Program-made: the position numbers and the translations under genes
Shown here: in pieces, positions 24,820 through 28,023 of the stretch
Position numbering within the stretch: position 1 is the stretch's first letter
How the letters are laid out: every line of letters begins with the position of its first letter
Notes under the pieces: model-generated
Told to the model about the DNA's origin: nothing
What the model saw: the letters and a program-made list of their open reading frames with translations, nothing else
Databases searched by the model: none
Virus record (IMG/VR): IMGVR_UViG_3300030095_006154
Coordinates: 1 to 28,023 of that record
Length of the DNA stretch: 28,023 nt
From: a virus
Lineage: Duplodnaviria; Caudoviricetes
Reading direction: 5' to 3' (one strand)

Positions 24820-26139
24820 TTAACTCCTATTCTTTAGTTCATCAATTTCCATTTTAAGTTGTTTTATTGATTCAATTAAAACAGAAGATAGTTTTCCATA
24901 ATCAACTGATTTTGTTTTAATATCATCATCCGCAGTTAAAACAACTTGTGGTAAAATCTCTTCCATATCTTGAGCTAATACTCCAATTTGTTCTTTAGCA
25001 TCATCTATATCATTTCTTTTATAGTAAACACCTTGCATCTTCATTACCTTAGATAAAGCATCGTCAATATTTTTTATATCTGTTTTTAATCTTTTATCAG
25101 AGAAAGCAGTAACATCATTATTAAAAGTAGCTGCACCAGCACCTGACATATCAAGAGTTAGTGCTGTAATACCAGAGCCACCATCATTGCCTTTAAAAAT
25201 CATGTCTTTGTCAGAAACTTTTGATTCAATAACTAAATCACTTGAACTATTAGTAATATGACCAATAGCTGTTCCACCAGATGAGAAAATTACATCATTG
25301 CCAGCTGCATCTAAGATTATATCGCCCGCAACATCTAAAGTTAAATCACCAGATGATAAATCTATTTCTGTTCCATCAATTGTAATATTGTCAATAGTAA
25401 CACCTGAGTCTGCATCTACGACATCACCAAATGTAGCTCCTGCATTAAATACAGCTTTACCTGCATCGGACATATCTAATTGTAATGCTGTAATAGCACC
25501 TCCGCCATCATCACCTTTAAATAAAATATCTTTATCTTGTACAGCTGAAGTAATTACAAAATCACTTGATGAATTTGTTAAATTTGCAACGTCAGTATTA
25601 CCAATTTTTAAATCAATTTGGTCATCGGTGTCAGCAGTTATAGATGTATCTGCATCAGCGTCTAGTATTAATTCTTGACCTTGAAGGTCTATTGATCCTG
25701 CCAAAGAAAAAACATCATACCAGTTTGTGCCGTCTGTTGAAACAAGACGAGTTGTGCCATTAGCTATTGAAAGTGTGTTACCTGAAGCACCTAATCTGCA
25801 AGTCATTGCATAAGGACCAGAAGATCCTGAATCAGTCGTTGCGTTTGTAATTAAATAAACTTTTTGTGTAGCTGGGAATTGAGCTATTCTTACTGCACCA
25901 TGTGCACCCGTTAATCTTATGTGAGCATTTCTTGCTTGGTTATTTGCTTGTGATTGTGGACCATCAGCGTTTGTAAGCGTTGTTACAGCAGCATCGCCAC
26001 ACGCAACATTGACTACACCAGCTATGGAAAATTCTAAAGACTGAGAAAAGTTGTTGTTTGTAATAGTTCCCCAAGTACCAGAATTTGCTCCTGAAGCTTG
26101 AAGCTCTATCCTTAAACTTGTTGAATATGTCGAACTCAT
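24820..26139 (-). CDS. Tail fibre protein with C-terminal peptidase S74 intramolecular chaperone
   Basis: N-terminal MSSTYS..LRIELQ..G.N.GTWG..TN.N anchor; C-terminal FSDKRLK..I, GVLAQD, VDYGKL and a coiled coil; SD AGGAG. Confidence 0.85.
   Translation of the reverse strand: MSSTYSTSLRIELQASGANSGTWGTITNNNFSQSLEFSIAGVVNVACGDAAVTTLTNADGPQSQANNQARNAHIRLTGAHGAVRIAQFPATQKVYLITNATTDSGSSGPYAMTCRLGASGNTLSIANGTTRLVSTDGTNWYDVFSLAGSIDLQGQELILDADADTSITADTDDQIDLKIGNTDVANLTNSSSDFVITSAVQDKDILFKGDDGGGAITALQLDMSDAGKAVFNAGATFGDVVDADSGVTIDNITIDGTEIDLSSGDLTLDVAGDIILDAAGNDVIFSSGGTAIGHITNSSSDLVIESKVSDKDMIFKGNDGGSGITALTLDMSGAGAATFNNDVTAFSDKRLKTDIKNIDDALSKVMKMQGVYYKRNDIDDAKEQIGVLAQDMEEILPQVVLTADDDIKTKSVDYGKLSSVLIESIKQLKMEIDELKNRS
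25120..25578 (-). repeat. Two copies of a 45-aa module in the tail fibre
   Basis: TNSSSDFVITSAVQDKDILFKGDDGGGAITALQLDMSDAGKAVFN (25578-25444) versus TNSSSDLVIESKVSDKDMIFKGNDGGSGITALTLDMSGAGAATFN (25254-25120). Confidence 0.85.
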
Positions 26140-26154
26140 TTTATCTATCTCCTA

Positions 26155-26195
26155 TTTGAAGTTTTAATTATTAATTCAAAGTTTGTCAAAACTTT
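26155..26195 (-). promoter_or_regulatory. Intergenic palindrome overlapping a TTGACA hexamer
   Basis: AAAGTTT-GTCA-AAACTTT (26178-26195); TTGACA on the - strand at 26189-26184; -10 element weak (TAAAAC). Confidence 0.35.
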
Positions 26196-27679
26196 TATGC
26201 AGCTTTATGGACCTCTGCCCAACTTATAGCCGAGTTAGAATCATCTACTTGGTTCCAGAAAGTCCCTTGTAAAGTTCCTGTACTACTTGTAGCAGAAACG
26301 CCAGTAGCTGTCAAAGTAGAAGTTCCTGTTATAGTCAAGGATCCAAGAGAAGTTGTTAAAGAAACACTAGGTGCTTCATAGCTTGTTTCTTGCGTTTCTT
26401 CTCCTAAGCTAGCAGTTAATGCGTTTCCTGTAACGTTTACTATAGCGCCTGCTGCTGCAATACCGCTTGCATCACCAGCGGTTGAAGTTAAACCAGTTGC
26501 AGTAAATCCATTGGCATCAGAGGAAGGCGTATTAGCCTGCCCACCCATGCCTGAATGTTGAGTACAATAATAATAAAGAGTTGGTGCGCTTGAAGCTACA
26601 GTTATTTGAGTATATGCTCCTGAATTACCTGGAGTTCCACTTGTTGTTACTCCTGTCGTATATTCAGATCCACCACCATGAGAACCATCAGATGTTGTGC
26701 TAAATCGTAAAGGATGTCCATCATTACTTGAATCTGATTGATCAAATTTATATGTATTTCCTTCTGTTAATTCTAAAGTTGCTTGTTGAGACCCATCTAT
26801 ATAATATTTATTACCGCTAGGTGTTTCTACAACAGTAACTGTTTGTGTAACAAGTCCACCAGCTCCAACAACATTAACATCAGCACTAGCAACTTCCGTT
26901 CCTAAACTACTTGTTAAAGCAATACCAGTTACCGTAACATCAGCGTTTGCAGCTATGGTAGATGTTCCTAAACTTGGTGTAAGAGCTATACCACTTGGTA
27001 ATACACTAGGGCTTATTTCAATAGCTACACTTCCTACAAGTGCATCCATTTCTGGTTCACTTGCAGCTACAACAGTTAATTGAGAATCTCCTGATATAGA
27101 GAATGTTCCTATAGACGATGTTGCTGAAACTCCTGTTGCTTGGGCAGAAGTGCCTACAGTGCCTACAGAAGAAGTTAATCCAAGTCCAGTAGGTGTTATA
27201 TTAAAGTCAGCGGTTCCAGTTGCAGTTCCAATTGAAGATGTTCCTTGAACTCCTGTTAAAGAATAAGATGATTCAAGAATATTCCAAAGATTGTCGCCCC
27301 ATCCTATTTCCTCTCCAGTATCTTGGTTTGCACCACGGTTCCAACCAGATTGAGGTACACCCGTAGCAGTTTCATCACCAAGTGATGATGTCATTCCTAT
27401 ACCAGTAAGAGTATGTGCAGAAGAACCTGTAACGGTTTCTGTTCCTAAAGAACCTGTAAGTTGTTCACCAGTTACGGCAACATTTACAAGACCAGTAGCA
27501 ACAGCAGTCCCAACAGCGGAAGTGCCAGCTACACCAGTAAGTGTTATATTACAATCGCCCGTAAGCGTTAACGAACCTAGAGATGACGTGAGGCCAGTAC
27601 CTGTTGCGTCAACGGGCGCAAAAGTATTCCATGCACCCGAATTCCAGGTTTGTCGGCCCCATCCTTGGAGGGAGGCCAT
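26195..27679 (-). CDS. Thr/Gly/Ser-rich repetitive virion (tail) protein with inserted cupredoxin-like domain
   Basis: Recurrent (V/L)TG..(L/A)TSS(L/V)G repeats and GWG...W motifs; insert NKYYIDG...TYKFDQSDSSN.GHPLRFS...LYYYCTQHSGMGG; SD AGGAG. Confidence 0.75.
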   Translation of the reverse strand: MASLQGWGRQTWNSGAWNTFAPVDATGTGLTSSLGSLTLTGDCNITLTGVAGTSAVGTAVATGLVNVAVTGEQLTGSLGTETVTGSSAHTLTGIGMTSSLGDETATGVPQSGWNRGANQDTGEEIGWGDNLWNILESSYSLTGVQGTSSIGTATGTADFNITPTGLGLTSSVGTVGTSAQATGVSATSSIGTFSISGDSQLTVVAASEPEMDALVGSVAIEISPSVLPSGIALTPSLGTSTIAANADVTVTGIALTSSLGTEVASADVNVVGAGGLVTQTVTVVETPSGNKYYIDGSQQATLELTEGNTYKFDQSDSSNDGHPLRFSTTSDGSHGGGSEYTTGVTTSGTPGNSGAYTQITVASSAPTLYYYCTQHSGMGGQANTPSSDANGFTATGLTSTAGDASGIAAAGAIVNVTGNALTASLGEETQETSYEAPSVSLTTSLGSLTITGTSTLTATGVSATSSTGTLQGTFWNQVDDSNSAISWAEVHKAA

Positions 27680-27690
27680 AATTTATCTCC

Positions 27691-28023
27691 TTATGCTATT
27701 CTTAGAATTGCAGCAGTTGCTTCAGCAGCAGGGAACGTAATTGTAAATGTTCCTGAAGTTGAAGTTTTAACAGCACCGAAATCTAATACACAAACAGATG
27801 CATTGGTAGTTAAACCAGATACAGTTGAACTATTATAAATAACAGCAGCTTGTGCTGAAATAGTTGCACTTGTAAATGATAAATCTGAAAAGTCACAAAC
27901 AGCAGTATCTGTAGATAGAGCAGGAGTAACTGAAGTTAATGCTCCTCCACCTTCAGCATAAGTGCCTGATGCACCTACTTCGTCAGTTTGTTGAAATGCA
28001 GTTGTTGATTTACTTAATGTTGC
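27691..28023 (-). CDS. Virion structural protein, 5'-truncated by the window edge
   Basis: Manual translation gives an open frame of 110 aa ending ...YAEGGGAL...DFSDLSFTSATISAQAAVIYN...VLDFGAVKTSTSGTFTITFP....AILRIA*. Not in the ORF track. Confidence 0.8.
   Translation of the reverse strand, partial: ATLSKSTTAFQQTDEVGASGTYAEGGGALTSVTPALSTDTAVCDFSDLSFTSATISAQAAVIYNSSTVSGLTTNASVCVLDFGAVKTSTSGTFTITFPAAEATAAILRIA

Noticed and set aside
24010-27838. Alternative-frame ORFs in the tail module (24010, 24059, 24112, 25298, 27522, 27650)
   Set aside because: Products of GC-richer Gly/Thr codon repeats lacking stops; they overlap well-supported genes.

Overview
A 28 kb piece of an AT-rich marine podovirus-like dsDNA phage genome. 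Gene content resembles uncultured marine/pelagiphage-type viruses, but host and taxon cannot be fixed from sequence alone. Left (+): end of an SF1/UvrD-like helicase, DUF6378-like protein, family A DNA polymerase (Leu at the E. coli 762 position), an endonuclease VII-like nuclease and a GH73 glucosaminidase-like lysin. Next (-): five putative internal/ejection virion proteins and a small membrane protein (3185-11927). The centre (+, 12064-22686, interrupted by one - gene) mixes a P22 gp10-like tail-hub gene and small structural genes with a GT-A glycosyltransferase and ten 2OG-Fe(II)/DSBH oxygenases; an eleventh lies on the - strand. Right (-): tail module with an S74-chaperone tail fibre, a polyglycine adhesin-like protein and a Thr/Gly-rich virion protein carrying a cupredoxin-like insert. 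Best candidate new system: an expanding oxygenase plus glycosyltransferase cassette array embedded among virion genes, possibly hydroxylating and glycosylating Pro-rich virion proteins. Also notable: an apparently flipped structural block, a candidate SD-sequestering RNA leader, and a probable CTG-start gene. No tRNA, rRNA, CRISPR array or integrase was seen. All product calls rest on motifs recognised by eye, not database searches.
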